Positions 20,705-30,991 of a stretch of 64,000 nt of DNA are shown here, piece by piece. Within the stretch, counting starts at the first letter, position 1; every line of letters starts with the position of its first letter. Location: NCBI GenBank assembly GCA_965213705.1, contig OZ243913.1, positions 960,001 to 1,024,000 of the forward strand, given 5' to 3'. Position numbers and translations under genes: made by a program. The stretch comes from Trueperaceae bacterium (GTDB lineage: Bacteria > Deinococcota > Deinococci > Deinococcales > Trueperaceae). The notes beneath the pieces were generated by a model, which was not told the origin of the DNA, did no database searches, and worked only from the letters and a program-made list of their open reading frames with translations.

Positions 20705-22105
20705 ATGATGGACACTAGAACCGAAACCGACACGATGGGCGAAGTGCAAGTTCCCAACGACAAATACTGGGGCGCGCAGACGCAGCGCTCGATTGAGAAC
20801 TTTCCCATCGGGGTCGAGCGCTACAAGATGCCTACCGCCGTGGTGCGCGCCTTTGGAATTTTGAAAAAGGGGGCGGCCAAGGCGAACGCCGAACTGGGCG
20901 AGTTGCCCCGCGACAAAGCCGACCTCATCTCAAAAGCAGCTGACGAAGTTATCGCAGGCAAGCTAGACGAGCACTTTCCGCTCGTGGTGTTTCAAACCGG
21001 CAGCGGCACGCAGTCGAACATGAACGCCAACGAGGTCATCAGCAACCGCGCCACGGAACTTGCTGGCGGCGAGCTGGGCTCCAAAACGCCGGTTCACCCG
21101 AACGACCACGTCAACCGGGGGCAGTCGTCGAACGACACCTTTCCGACCGCCATGCACGTCGCCATGGTCGAGGAGTTGCACCGGCAGCTCTACCCGAACG
21201 TCGAAACCTTGAAGGACACGCTCTCTTCTAAAGCGCAAGAGTTCAACGACATCGTCAAGGTCGGCCGGACGCACCTGCAGGACGCGACGCCCATCACCCT
21301 GGGTCAAGAAATTGGCGGCTGGGTGGCGCAGCTCGAGTACGCCCTTGATGAGGTCCGCCACGCCGAACAAGGCCTGTACGACCTCGCCATTGGCGGCACG
21401 GCGGTCGGCACGGGCTTGAACGCGCACCCGGAATTCGGCGACTTGGCCGCCTCGTACTTTGCCGAGGAAACCGGCTTTCCGTTCAAATCCGCCGCCAACA
21501 AGTTCGCCGCGCTCTCGGCCCACGACGCGCTCGTGACCGTGAGCGCGTCCTTGCGCACGCTCGCAGGCGCGCTGATGAAGATGGCGAACGACGTGCGCTG
21601 GCTCGCCTCGGGGCCGCGCAACGGCATCGGCGAAATCACTATTCCCGAAAACGAACCCGGCTCCTCCATCATGCCGGGCAAGGTCAACCCGACGCAGAGC
21701 GAGGCGCTGACGATGGTCTGCGTGCAGGTGTTCGGCAACGACGCGGCGGTGGCTTTTGCGGGCAGCCAGGGCAACTTTCAACTCAACGTGTTCAAACCGG
21801 TGATGGTCCACAACGCGCTCTCGAGCCTGCAACTTTTAGGCGACGCTTGTAAAGCCTTCAACGACAACTGCGCGGTGGGTCTCGAGCCCAACCTGGCCCG
21901 AATTCGCGAAAACCTGGACAAAAACCTCATGCTGGTGACCGCGCTCAACCGCCACATCGGCTACGACAAGGCTGCCGCCATCGCCAAGAAAGCCCACAAA
22001 GAGGGCTCTACCCTAAAAGAGGCGGCACTGGCTTTGGGACACCTGAGCGAAGACGAGTTCGAACGCTTCGTCGTGCCTCGAGAGATGGTCGGCAAGCTTA
22101 ACTGA
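20705..22105 (+). CDS. fumC: Class II fumarate hydratase
   Basis: [40 protein letters not shown]. Confidence 0.98.
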   Translation: MMDTRTETDTMGEVQVPNDKYWGAQTQRSIENFPIGVERYKMPTAVVRAFGILKKGAAKANAELGELPRDKADLISKAADEVIAGKLDEHFPLVVFQTGSGTQSNMNANEVISNRATELAGGELGSKTPVHPNDHVNRGQSSNDTFPTAMHVAMVEELHRQLYPNVETLKDTLSSKAQEFNDIVKVGRTHLQDATPITLGQEIGGWVAQLEYALDEVRHAEQGLYDLAIGGTAVGTGLNAHPEFGDLAASYFAEETGFPFKSAANKFAALSAHDALVTVSASLRTLAGALMKMANDVRWLASGPRNGIGEITIPENEPGSSIMPGKVNPTQSEALTMVCVQVFGNDAAVAFAGSQGNFQLNVFKPVMVHNALSSLQLLGDACKAFNDNCAVGLEPNLARIRENLDKNLMLVTALNRHIGYDKAAAIAKKAHKEGSTLKEAALALGHLSEDEFERFVVPREMVGKLN

Positions 22106-22192
22106 GGTTGTAGGGTTGAAATTGTAGGGTAGCAAGCTGCCTGGACAAGCTTGCCCCGCTTAGGCTGATTGACAGTTCCGAAGGGGGACAAG

Positions 22193-23983
22193 ATGAAACG
22201 AACAGTCCTGATTTGCCTGACTTCACTTCTCGTTTTGGCTGCTTGTGAACGCTATCCGGGCCAGCAGGTCGACGCGCCGCGCGAGCAGCCGGGCGCCTCC
22301 GTCGCGGAGTACCAAGAGTCGACTGCTGATGACCAACTCCTTGACAACCCGATTCCCGGCACCGACACGACCCTGCAAGAAGGTGAAGCGGCTACCGGCC
22401 CCAACGCCGCGGGCGCGGCCGACCCGGTCGACCCCGGCGTCGACGCCGAAACGCAAACGGCCGTCCCCGACGCTACGAACGCCCAAGCCGACGACGCTGA
22501 AGTTGCTGACGCCGAAGTTACGGACACTGCAGTCACGGACGCTGCAGTCACGGACACTGAAGTCGCCGAGGCCGCGGAAACTCCGCTTCCGGACGTGCAA
22601 AACGTGAGCCCCGACCCCGTGGGCGCGGGTCCCGTGGAAACGACGCCCATAGACGTTTCCGCTGTAGCCACGGACAGTTTGGAAACGGGCGGTGCTGCAG
22701 CGGGTGGCTCGGAAACAGTCGCGGTCGCTGAAAGTACGGAATCCGGAGGCGCAGCCGAAACGGCCCCTGTTGAAAGAGACACCGAGATTGCAACCGACGA
22801 AACGGGTGACCTGGAGCGTATCGGTGAAACGTCCACAGTCCTTGCCGACGCCGACGCGGCGCGGGCGGTAGCGACCATCGAGGCCTGGCAGGCGCGGCTG
22901 GACGGTTCGGACGACCCCGACTTAGCGACGGTGAGTGAGGACTTGGCAACGCTCAAAACCGAGCTTCAGGCCGACTCGCCCGACGAAGCTACGGTCAAAA
23001 CTTTACTCTACAAGCTCGGTCAAGAAACGAGCCGTTTAGCGCTCGTCGCGCCCCAGAACGTGGGCGACGCGCTGAACGCGCTCGGCACTTCGCTCAGCGA
23101 AGCGGGTGAAGAAAGCGCGTTGGCTGACGCACCCGTCGACGTCGGCGGGGCGATGCCGGGGGTGGCGCAGTCGGCCACCCCCGCCGCGGACGCGACCAAC
23201 GAAGTCGCCACGGTGGTTCCGAACGTGTCGCCGCCCGCCGCGCCCGGCGCCCTGGACATGAACCTGCAAACCGGTACGGTGGAGCGCGACGACTCGGGCG
23301 TCCTCGACGCTTCGCTCGCCTTGTCGACGGAAACCGGCGGAGCGGTACGCCAAACATCTCAACCGGCCGAAACGGGTGGAGCCGAGACCGGGGCTACCCT
23401 TCCGGTCGGTGAGACGGGTGGGGCTGAAACGGGTGGGGCTGAAACGGGCGGTGCCGGGAGCGAGATAAGCGAAGCGGAAACTCAAGAGAACGTGACGAGC
23501 AGCCAGGCCCCCGAAGTCACCGAGGGCGAACTGCTCGCTTCGGCACGACTCAAAGATGTTGCGGGCACCGATGTCGGCGTGGTGAACGTCGTCTCGAGCG
23601 ACGCCGGCCTCACCTTCGAGTTCGGGCTGCAAGAGGGTGCGGCGCTCCAGACGGGCGAGCACGGCTTTCATGTCCACGAAACCGGCAGCTGCACACCCGA
23701 CTTCGAGGCGGCAGGTGCTCACCTCAACCCGGACGGCTCGAGCCACGGGCTCCTGAGCGCCGACGGGCCGCACGCGGGCGACCTGCCCAACCTCAACATT
23801 TCAGAAAGTGGCACGCCGACCTACGTCGTCACCACCACGCGCCTCAGCGAAGCCGACCTGTTCGACGCCGACGGCAGCGCCATGATCGTTCACGCCGACC
23901 CCGACGACTACGTCACCGACCCCGGCGGCAACAGCGGTGACCGGGTAGCCTGCGGCGTTTTGGAGCGTGTTCCTGCGAACTAG
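22193..23983 (+). CDS. sodC: Lipoprotein Cu/Zn superoxide dismutase with very long acidic linker
   Basis: Lipobox LAAC; C-terminal HGFHVH, GAHLNP, HG, HAGDL, IVH, GNSGDRVACG. Confidence 0.88.
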   Translation: MKRTVLICLTSLLVLAACERYPGQQVDAPREQPGASVAEYQESTADDQLLDNPIPGTDTTLQEGEAATGPNAAGAADPVDPGVDAETQTAVPDATNAQADDAEVADAEVTDTAVTDAAVTDTEVAEAAETPLPDVQNVSPDPVGAGPVETTPIDVSAVATDSLETGGAAAGGSETVAVAESTESGGAAETAPVERDTEIATDETGDLERIGETSTVLADADAARAVATIEAWQARLDGSDDPDLATVSEDLATLKTELQADSPDEATVKTLLYKLGQETSRLALVAPQNVGDALNALGTSLSEAGEESALADAPVDVGGAMPGVAQSATPAADATNEVATVVPNVSPPAAPGALDMNLQTGTVERDDSGVLDASLALSTETGGAVRQTSQPAETGGAETGATLPVGETGGAETGGAETGGAGSEISEAETQENVTSSQAPEVTEGELLASARLKDVAGTDVGVVNVVSSDAGLTFEFGLQEGAALQTGEHGFHVHETGSCTPDFEAAGAHLNPDGSSHGLLSADGPHAGDLPNLNISESGTPTYVVTTTRLSEADLFDADGSAMIVHADPDDYVTDPGGNSGDRVACGVLERVPAN

Positions 23984-24052
23984 CGAGAAGTTGCGCGAGG
24001 GGCTCGAGACACCGACGACGTCTTGGGTTGGTTCGCACGTCTCCCGAGCACC

Positions 24053-24085
24053 TAAAAAAGCCAGCCTGACAGGCTGGCTTTTTTA
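24053..24085. terminator. Bidirectional intrinsic terminator
   Basis: taaaaaagccagcct-gac-aggctggcttttta between convergent genes. Confidence 0.9.
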
Positions 24086-24100
24086 AGTGCGGAGTTCGGT

Positions 24101-24664
24101 TCAGCCTGTTCCCGCCACGTGGTGGTCGATGCCTTCGTACGCTTCTAAAAAGGCGCGCATTCCCGCTTCGTCGACGGTGTCGAAGCGTTGTAAACGGGTC
24201 CAAGCGGTCAGTGTGTAGGGCGTCTCCATACCTTCACGCGGGGCGATGACGACGTTGCGGTAACCGTCGGCGACCGCCTCGAGCTGCTGGATATTTTGTT
24301 CGTTCTCTTCGGGCGTGCCGTAGGCGTACCACAAAATGACGCCGCCGTCCTCCATGTTGTGAACCAACGGCTCCTCCGGCACGAGGTAGTCGTAGCTGCC
24401 CCAGGCAAGCAGGTTGGGCGTGTGCCAGCCCGAGGTGGGCGGGTTGCTGTTGTAGTCGGGATGAGCCGCGCCCTCGCCGATGTGCGTGTTGCCCTGGCTG
24501 CGGAAAGACTCGCCCGGCAGGTTGCGAGCGTTGACGGCGTTGAGGACGATGGGCACCGCGATGACGAGGACCACGACGAGCCCGATAATCCAGGGCCAAG
24601 GGTTGCCGCGCGTCTTCGCGTTGCGACCCCGCTTGGCAGGTTTGGTGTTTGTTTTGGTTGCCAT
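24101..24664 (-). CDS. DUF3105 membrane-anchored protein
   Basis: TM segment, YNSNPPTSGWH, LVHNMEDGGV, LTAW. Confidence 0.88.
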   Translation of the reverse strand: MATKTNTKPAKRGRNAKTRGNPWPWIIGLVVVLVIAVPIVLNAVNARNLPGESFRSQGNTHIGEGAAHPDYNSNPPTSGWHTPNLLAWGSYDYLVPEEPLVHNMEDGGVILWYAYGTPEENEQNIQQLEAVADGYRNVVIAPREGMETPYTLTAWTRLQRFDTVDEAGMRAFLEAYEGIDHHVAGTG

Positions 24665-24778
24665 ATCACCGGTCAGTGTAGCAGGTCAAGCAAGCGCTGG
24701 GGGAGGCCGCTTAACAAAGCAAGCGGTCGGCGGCGAAGCCCATTTTCGGTATGATGGCACCGATGTCGGGAGGACAAA

Positions 24779-25768
24779 GTGGCTGACACCTTTAGAGCGT
24801 TCCGTGTGACCGAACAGGGCGACGAGTTTGTTCGCAGCGTCGAGAACCTGAACCGAGCCGACCTGCCTGCGGGTGAGGTAACGGTCAAAGTCGCCTACTC
24901 GTCGCTGAACTACAAAGACGCACTCTCGGCGAGCGGCAACCGTGGCGTGACCAAAAGCTACCCGCACACGCCGGGCATCGACGCCGCCGGGACGGTGCTG
25001 CAGTCCGGCGACGAGCGCTTTTCAGAGGGCGACGAGGTTATCGTCACGAGTTACGACCTCGGCATGAACACGCCGGGCGGTTTCGCCGAAACCGTGCGTG
25101 TGCCCGCGGCCTGGGTCGTGCCCCTGCCGCCAGGTTTGAGCGTACGCGAGGCGATGGTGCTGGGCACGGCGGGCTTTACGGCGGCGCTCTGCGTGGACGC
25201 CATAAAGCACCAGGGTTTTCAAGACGGTCCAATCGTCGTCACGGGGGCGAGCGGCGGCGTCGGCAGCGTCGCGGTGGCGCTGCTGGCGAAACTCGGCCTT
25301 GAAGTCGTTGCCAGTACCGGCAGCGACAGCGCGCACGATACCCTCAAAAGTCTGGGCGCGGCGCGCATTGTGGACCGGTCCGAGCTGGCCCTGAAAAACG
25401 ACCGCCCCATGCTCAAAGCCGAGTACGGCGGCGCGGTCGACACGGTGGGCGGCAGCACCCTGGTGAACCTGCTCAAAAGGGTGGAGCCCCACGCCTCGGT
25501 CGCGGCTTGCGGGCTGGTCGGCGGTGCCGACTTGGAGTTGAGCGTTTACCCCTTTATCCTGCGCGGGGTGAACCTGCTCGGCATCGACTCGCAAAACTGC
25601 CCCATGCCCAAACGGCGGCGCGTTTGGGACAAGCTGGGCAGTGACTGGAAGCTCGACTTGACGCCCATCACGACCGAAATCGGCTTGGCGGACCTAGACG
25701 AGCACATCGCGGCGATGTTGCAAGGCCGGACCCAGGGGCGAATTTTAGTCAACCCGGCGAACCGTTGA
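24779..25768 (+). CDS. YhdH/AcuI-family NADPH-dependent oxidoreductase (MDR)
   Basis: SSLNYKD, GTAGFTA, VTGASGGVG, PFILRGV. Confidence 0.92.
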   Translation: MADTFRAFRVTEQGDEFVRSVENLNRADLPAGEVTVKVAYSSLNYKDALSASGNRGVTKSYPHTPGIDAAGTVLQSGDERFSEGDEVIVTSYDLGMNTPGGFAETVRVPAAWVVPLPPGLSVREAMVLGTAGFTAALCVDAIKHQGFQDGPIVVTGASGGVGSVAVALLAKLGLEVVASTGSDSAHDTLKSLGAARIVDRSELALKNDRPMLKAEYGGAVDTVGGSTLVNLLKRVEPHASVAACGLVGGADLELSVYPFILRGVNLLGIDSQNCPMPKRRRVWDKLGSDWKLDLTPITTEIGLADLDEHIAAMLQGRTQGRILVNPANR

Positions 25769-25769
25769 G

Positions 25770-26231
25770 GTGAACGCTACTTGGGCCGTTTCCCGCTCGG
25801 CGTGGGGTGTTCTCGCGCTCTTAGCTATCGTGACAGGATGTGAAACGAACATGACCACTGCTACGGGCTCCTCCGGGGTGTTGCAACCTTGCCCCAACAG
25901 ACCCAACTGCGTCTCCACCCTGGCCGACCCAGCTGACGCTGAGCACTACCTGCCGCCTCTGGCGGTCGGGAGCGAGCCGCTTGTCATCTCGAGCGTCGCC
26001 GCGGTGTTGAACGAGTGGCCGCGCACCAGAATCACCGAACAGACCGACACCTACTTGCGCGCCGAAGCGCGCAGCCGCGTGTTCGGTTTCGTCGACGACG
26101 TGGAGTTTTATTTCGACAAAGAAGCCGGCCTGCTTCACTTCCGCTCGGCCTCGCGCCTCGGTTACTCGGACCTGGGCGTCAACCGCAAACGCATGGAAGC
26201 GTTGAGCGCGCGGTTGAAAGAGGTACTTTAA
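25770..26231 (+). CDS. DUF1499 lipoprotein
   Basis: CPNRPNCVS, FGFVDDVEF, RSASRLGYSDLGVNRKR. Confidence 0.9.
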   Translation: MNATWAVSRSAWGVLALLAIVTGCETNMTTATGSSGVLQPCPNRPNCVSTLADPADAEHYLPPLAVGSEPLVISSVAAVLNEWPRTRITEQTDTYLRAEARSRVFGFVDDVEFYFDKEAGLLHFRSASRLGYSDLGVNRKRMEALSARLKEVL

Positions 26232-26749
26232 CGCCCAAGACCGGCCGTCCCGGCCGCGTCCTCGGCTATGCTCACCGCGTCGCCGACCCGCAGGGTACCG
26301 CCTTTCACAACTCGCGCGGTGATACCGCCGTGGCCGCGCACGGCGTTGTAGCCACCCGGTCCGAGGGCCTCTTCCATGCGCGAGCAAGGATGGCAAGGAC
26401 CGCTGCCCTCCAGCAAAACCTCGCCGACCCAAAAAGGCCGGTCTTTCAAGGCCAACAGGTTGATGCCCGAAACGAGCAGGTTGCGCCGCAGGCGTTCGGG
26501 CTCGAGGCCGTTCAGACCGGCCAACGAAGCGATGACCGGTACGTGCTCAGCCTGCAGCAGCGTGACTTGCCGTGGACTGTCACCGGGCATTTTGCCGTCG
26601 GTGCGGCGGTCGCCCGCCAAACCAAGCCCCGACAAGGCGACGGCTTCCGTGACTTTTATAACCGGTCCCCGCCGCTCGCTACGCAAACCTATCCACACCA
26701 GTGTGCCGGTGCGCGGCAACGTCGACAACAGTTTCAACATACCGAGCAT
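26228..26749 (-). CDS. MOSC domain protein
   Basis: GLAGD, RQVTL, LRRNL, CHPCSRM, GHGG. Confidence 0.9.
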   Translation of the reverse strand: MLGMLKLLSTLPRTGTLVWIGLRSERRGPVIKVTEAVALSGLGLAGDRRTDGKMPGDSPRQVTLLQAEHVPVIASLAGLNGLEPERLRRNLLVSGINLLALKDRPFWVGEVLLEGSGPCHPCSRMEEALGPGGYNAVRGHGGITARVVKGGTLRVGDAVSIAEDAAGTAGLGR

Positions 26750-26921
26750 TTAAACGCGCTTTGACCCCGTTTTGTCAAGATTGTCCCTTCAAAAATTTAA
26801 ATTATTGTCTTTGCGGGTTAGTCAGAGGTTAGTTAACTCACACCTGACTCATTAAGAAAAGGTTAAGCTTCTGGAGTCGAAGTTTGTAAATTTGCCAGCA
26901 GAGGGGGCGACGGGAGTCGTT

Positions 26922-27176
26922 ATGTATCACGCTACTTATGCCCGACTTAAAGGGGGACATCCTTCCAGGCTCGAGCGCCTTGTCAAGGCCTTGGAAGCGC
27001 AACGTTGCAAGGTGCGCCTCAACTTGGCGGACGGTCTTTTAACCGTGGATATTCCCGACGAGCAGATGTGGTGGGTGTTGACGGGCTGCATCACCATTTT
27101 CTTTGAGGACTACAAAGACGTTGCCGACTGGTCGTTCAAGTTCAAACCCGCCGCGCCCGGCACCCTCACCGCTTAG
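26922..27176 (+). CDS. Small hypothetical protein
   Basis: GGGAG RBS before ATG 26922; AT-rich upstream region. Confidence 0.55.
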   Translation: MYHATYARLKGGHPSRLERLVKALEAQRCKVRLNLADGLLTVDIPDEQMWWVLTGCITIFFEDYKDVADWSFKFKPAAPGTLTA

Positions 27177-27260
27177 CGTTCTTGCCAAGCAGGCGGCTTC
27201 AATCGGTTCCGACGGCTTTACCTTCGCCGCTTCGGTCCGACCGAGAGGTTTCGGTTGCTC

Positions 27261-28445
27261 TTACGATTCGACCCGGCCCGACACCAACAAGACCGGCAGA
27301 CCGCCGTTCTTAAACGGTTGCACGCGCCTCGGCTCGAGCCCCGCCGCCGTGAGCCAGGCCGCGTCGTGGGTGACGAACGCAAACGCCCAACCCGCGTAGT
27401 TTTTTCTGAGGTGTTCGCCCCACGCCGCCAGCAGTTCGGCGACCTTGCGCCCTGAGCCGAGGCGGGCACCGTAAGGCAGGTTGCTGACAAGGAGCGACGC
27501 GTCGTCGCTGGGGGGCAACCGCAGCTCGAAGGCGTCCCCGGTTTGAAAACCCACCACCCCGTCCAGCCCGGCGCGGCCGGCGTTGGCTCGAGCCGCGTCA
27601 ACCGCTGCCGGGTCTGAGTCGTTGCCGATGAACAGGGTGGCGGTCGGTTTGGCCTGCGCCGCGGCTTCGCGCTTGAAGCGCTCCCACTTGCTCGGTTGAA
27701 AACTCGGCAGGTGTTCAAAGGCGAAGCTGCGCTGCCAACCCGGCGGCACGTTTTTGGCGAGCAATGCGGCCTCCAACAGCAGCGTGCCCGCGCCGCAAAA
27801 CGGGTCGACGACGCGCGCGTACCGCTCCGTCCCACTCGCCAGCAGCACGCTCGCGGCGAGCGTTTCCCGCAGGGGCGCCACAGTAATGTGCGTCCGGTAG
27901 CCGCGCTTGTGCAGGTGTTCGCCGCTCGTGTCGAGGCTTAAGCTGCAACGGTCCTGAAACAGGCGCACGTGGACAGTGAGCGGGGCTTCCTCTTGCAAGG
28001 CGGGCGCGAGTCCCAAAGGTGCAACGGCCTTTTGAACGGCCTCGTGAACCGTCTCGGCGATGTTTTTGTGGTGGCGCAGCCGCGAGGTTTTTGCGCTGAC
28101 CCGCAGGCTGTAGCCGGGGTTGAAGCCGAGATAGAGTTCCCACGGCACGCGAGCCGCCCGGTCGAACAGGGCCGGGTAAGACTGGGCCAAAAATTCGTCC
28201 ACGCGCAGCAGCACCCGGTGAGCGCTGCGGAGTTGCAGGTTGGTGTGGTAGAGCGTGTCCAAAGGCCCACCGAAATTTACGCCGCCACGCTCGCCGCCCT
28301 GAAGGGCAACTTCGGGCAGGACGGCGACCTCACGTTCAAGCACGTCCTCGAAACCGGGTGCGCACGGGGCGAAAAACTGCTGTGGCACTTTTCGTAAATA
28401 ACGTTTGACGCGGCGCTCGAGGGCACGCTCGGTGAGGTCTGGCAT
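27261..28445 (-). CDS. THUMP-domain RNA methyltransferase (RlmL-like)
   Basis: LHKRGYR, APLRETLAA, DPFCGAGT, NLPYG. Confidence 0.9.
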   Translation of the reverse strand: MPDLTERALERRVKRYLRKVPQQFFAPCAPGFEDVLEREVAVLPEVALQGGERGGVNFGGPLDTLYHTNLQLRSAHRVLLRVDEFLAQSYPALFDRAARVPWELYLGFNPGYSLRVSAKTSRLRHHKNIAETVHEAVQKAVAPLGLAPALQEEAPLTVHVRLFQDRCSLSLDTSGEHLHKRGYRTHITVAPLRETLAASVLLASGTERYARVVDPFCGAGTLLLEAALLAKNVPPGWQRSFAFEHLPSFQPSKWERFKREAAAQAKPTATLFIGNDSDPAAVDAARANAGRAGLDGVVGFQTGDAFELRLPPSDDASLLVSNLPYGARLGSGRKVAELLAAWGEHLRKNYAGWAFAFVTHDAAWLTAAGLEPRRVQPFKNGGLPVLLVSGRVES

Positions 28446-28466
28446 GGCTTCAGCTTAACCTTGAAG

Positions 28467-28540
28467 AAAGTACCGAGCACCGAGTGGAAAGTACCGAGTC
28501 AAAAAGGCTTTCCACTCGGTCCTCAGGACTCGGTACTTTT
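28467..28540. repeat. Heptamer-based intergenic inverted repeat (GTACCGA/CTCGGT family)
   Basis: aaagtaccgagcaccgagtggaaag ... ctttccactcggtcctcaggactcggtacttt; related tracts at 5132-5159 and 30953-30988. Confidence 0.7.
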
Positions 28541-28547
28541 CTCTTCC

Positions 28548-29348
28548 CTAGCTTCCGGGCTCGAGGGCGTCGCGCAGCCCGTCGCCGAGGAGGCTCCAGC
28601 CGAGCACAGTCGTCACGATGGCAAGGCCCGGCACGAGGACCGGGTACACGCTCAAACTTAGAAAACCCTGCGCCTCGCGCAGCATATTGCCCCAGCTCGG
28701 CACGTCGGGCGGGGTGCCCAGGCCCAAAAAACTCAGCGCCGCCTCGGCCAACACGGCGACCGCCAGGCTCAAACTCGCCTGGACCAGGATGGGGGAGAGG
28801 GCGTTGGGCAGCACGTGGCGCAGCAAAAGTCGTCCCTCGGACAGCCCGAGCGCCCGTCCGGCCTCGACGAAAGGGCGTTCTTTCAAAGACAGCACCGACG
28901 AGCGCATAATTCGCGCAAAAATCGGCACGGTCGCCAGCCCGATGGCGGTCATGGCGGTCAGCGTGCCCGGCGTGAACACCGCAGCCAGCAACAGCGCCAT
29001 GAGGATGGCGGGAAACGCGTAGAGCGTGTCCACCACGCGCATGATTAGCTCGTCCCACACCCCGCCCAAGAACCCGGCGACAGCTCCTACAAAGCAGCCC
29101 AAACCGAGCGCAATCCCCACCGCGATGAAGCCGACGTAGAGTGTCGCCCGTGCCCCCACCAACAGCCTACTCAACAAGTCCCGCCCGAAGTGGTCGGTGC
29201 CGAGCGGGTGCGCCGCGCTCGGCCCGACGAGCTGCACCGCGAAGTCGAGCGCGTTCGGGTCGTAGGGCAGCCACACGAAACTGAGGCCAGCGCCGAGCAC
29301 GACGATTCCTATAAGAAGGCTGCCGAGGACGAGGTTGAAACGTTTCAC
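28548..29348 (-). CDS. Peptide ABC transporter permease (DppC-like)
   Basis: HPLGTDHFGRD, EAA loop, HVLPN, EAALSFLGLG. Confidence 0.93.
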   Translation of the reverse strand: MKRFNLVLGSLLIGIVVLGAGLSFVWLPYDPNALDFAVQLVGPSAAHPLGTDHFGRDLLSRLLVGARATLYVGFIAVGIALGLGCFVGAVAGFLGGVWDELIMRVVDTLYAFPAILMALLLAAVFTPGTLTAMTAIGLATVPIFARIMRSSVLSLKERPFVEAGRALGLSEGRLLLRHVLPNALSPILVQASLSLAVAVLAEAALSFLGLGTPPDVPSWGNMLREAQGFLSLSVYPVLVPGLAIVTTVLGWSLLGDGLRDALEPGS

Positions 29349-29393
29349 AAACTCTAGGTTATTCGGTCGCAGGGGCCGCGTCTATACAACGAG

Positions 29394-29888
29394 CTAACTG
29401 CTAGAGCGCGGTGAACCCGGCGCGAGGGTTTTGCGGAAAACTATCTTATCTTCGCCTTTTGCGTAAAACTCCCGAATACGCGCTTCTTCTTCATACCCGT
29501 TTTTGCGGTAGAAATCGCGCGTCCGCTCGAACTCGTCCAGACCGGAGGTTTCAACCAGGAGCACGCGCTCGCCGCGTTCTGCTAGGGTTTGTTCGATGTG
29601 CTGCATCAACGCCGCGCCTAATCCTTTTCCCTGATAGTCGGGACGCACCGCCAGTAAAAGCGCATTCCAGGTTCCTTGGGTCATCTGTTCGGGTAGGTGG
29701 TAAGCAACAGCGACGGCTTCACCATCGTCGTAGGTGAGCCAATATCCGCTCTCTGCATCTTTAGCAAAATACCCGGTCATCATGTCATCCAGCAGTTCTG
29801 ACGGGAAAAGCCCAGTGCCGTCGATAATCTTTTTCAGCGCAGATACATCTTCGGGTATAACAGCTCGGATATTCGTGTTTATCGTCAT
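29394..29888 (-). CDS. GNAT acetyltransferase
   Basis: QGKGLG, LVETSG, FYRKNGY; lower GC than flanks. Confidence 0.85.
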   Translation of the reverse strand: MTINTNIRAVIPEDVSALKKIIDGTGLFPSELLDDMMTGYFAKDAESGYWLTYDDGEAVAVAYHLPEQMTQGTWNALLLAVRPDYQGKGLGAALMQHIEQTLAERGERVLLVETSGLDEFERTRDFYRKNGYEEEARIREFYAKGEDKIVFRKTLAPGSPRSSS

Positions 29889-29959
29889 ATCAGTTTCTTT
29901 CGTTAAAGCATCGGTGTAGGTCGGCAACGGTGTTCACGAGGTCTGTACTCTAACCCTAT

Positions 29960-30904
29960 TCAGTCATAGCGGATGCGCGGGTCGAGCAGCCCGTAGGAAA
30001 CGTCGACCAAAAAACTCAGCAGCACGATGGCGCTGGCGTAGACGAGGACTTCACCCTGCAGCAGCGGAAAGTCCCGTGCCCCGATGGCGGTCAAGGCCAA
30101 GCGCCCCAAGCCCGGCAGCGCGAACACTTGCTCGATGACGATGGACCCGACGAGCAGGTTCGACAGGCTGATGCCGAAAATGGTGATGAGCGTGACGAGC
30201 GCGTTGCGCAGGCCGTGTTTCCAAACTACGTTGCGCGCGCGCAGACCCTTAGCCCTCGCGGTGCGGATGTAGTCCTGGTTTAAGACTTCCAACATCGCCG
30301 AGCGCGTCATCCGCGTCATCACCGCGGCCTGGCCCAAGCCGAGCGCGAGCACCGGCAGCGCGAGGCTGCGCAATGTGGCGACCGGGTCGCGCGCCCAGGG
30401 CGTGTAGCCGCCCGCGGGCAACAAGTTCCACTGCACGCTGAACAGCAAAATGAACATTAAGCCCAGCCAAAACGACGGCACCGCCGCCCCAAGTTGCGAC
30501 AGCGTCACGACGAGCGGGTCCAGGACGCTTCCCCGCCGCAGCGCCGCGAAAATGCCCAGCGGCAGCGCGATAAGGCAGGCCAGCAGCGCGCTCAACAGCG
30601 CCAAAGGCAGCGACACCGCCAGCCGGTCGAGGATGAGGCTCGAGACCGGCTTCTGATAGTTCAGCGACTCGCCAAAGTCCCCTCGCACCACCCCACCGAG
30701 CCAACCCACAAAACGCAGCGGCGGCGCAACCTCGAGCCCGAGTTTCGTTCGCAACGCCGCCAAAGCCTGCGGGCTGGCGTTGACCCCGAGAATAACCTCA
30801 GCCGGGTCGCCGGGTACCGCGAGAAGCGCGACAAACACGAGCGTCGCGGCCAAGAAGATGCTGACGAGAGCGGTCAGAAAGCGTCGGACGAGGAAAGCGA
30901 ACAT
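29960..30904 (-). CDS. Peptide ABC transporter permease (DppB-like)
   Basis: PGDPA, DYIRTARAKG, HGLRN, RDFP, DPRIR. Confidence 0.93.
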   Translation of the reverse strand: MFAFLVRRFLTALVSIFLAATLVFVALLAVPGDPAEVILGVNASPQALAALRTKLGLEVAPPLRFVGWLGGVVRGDFGESLNYQKPVSSLILDRLAVSLPLALLSALLACLIALPLGIFAALRRGSVLDPLVVTLSQLGAAVPSFWLGLMFILLFSVQWNLLPAGGYTPWARDPVATLRSLALPVLALGLGQAAVMTRMTRSAMLEVLNQDYIRTARAKGLRARNVVWKHGLRNALVTLITIFGISLSNLLVGSIVIEQVFALPGLGRLALTAIGARDFPLLQGEVLVYASAIVLLSFLVDVSYGLLDPRIRYD

Positions 30905-30991
30905 CTAAGTGGGGAGTAGAGAAGGCAACAAGGGGTTGTAACCCCTTGTTTCACTCAGTACTTTCGACTCGGTCCTCGGTACTTTTTTGCC

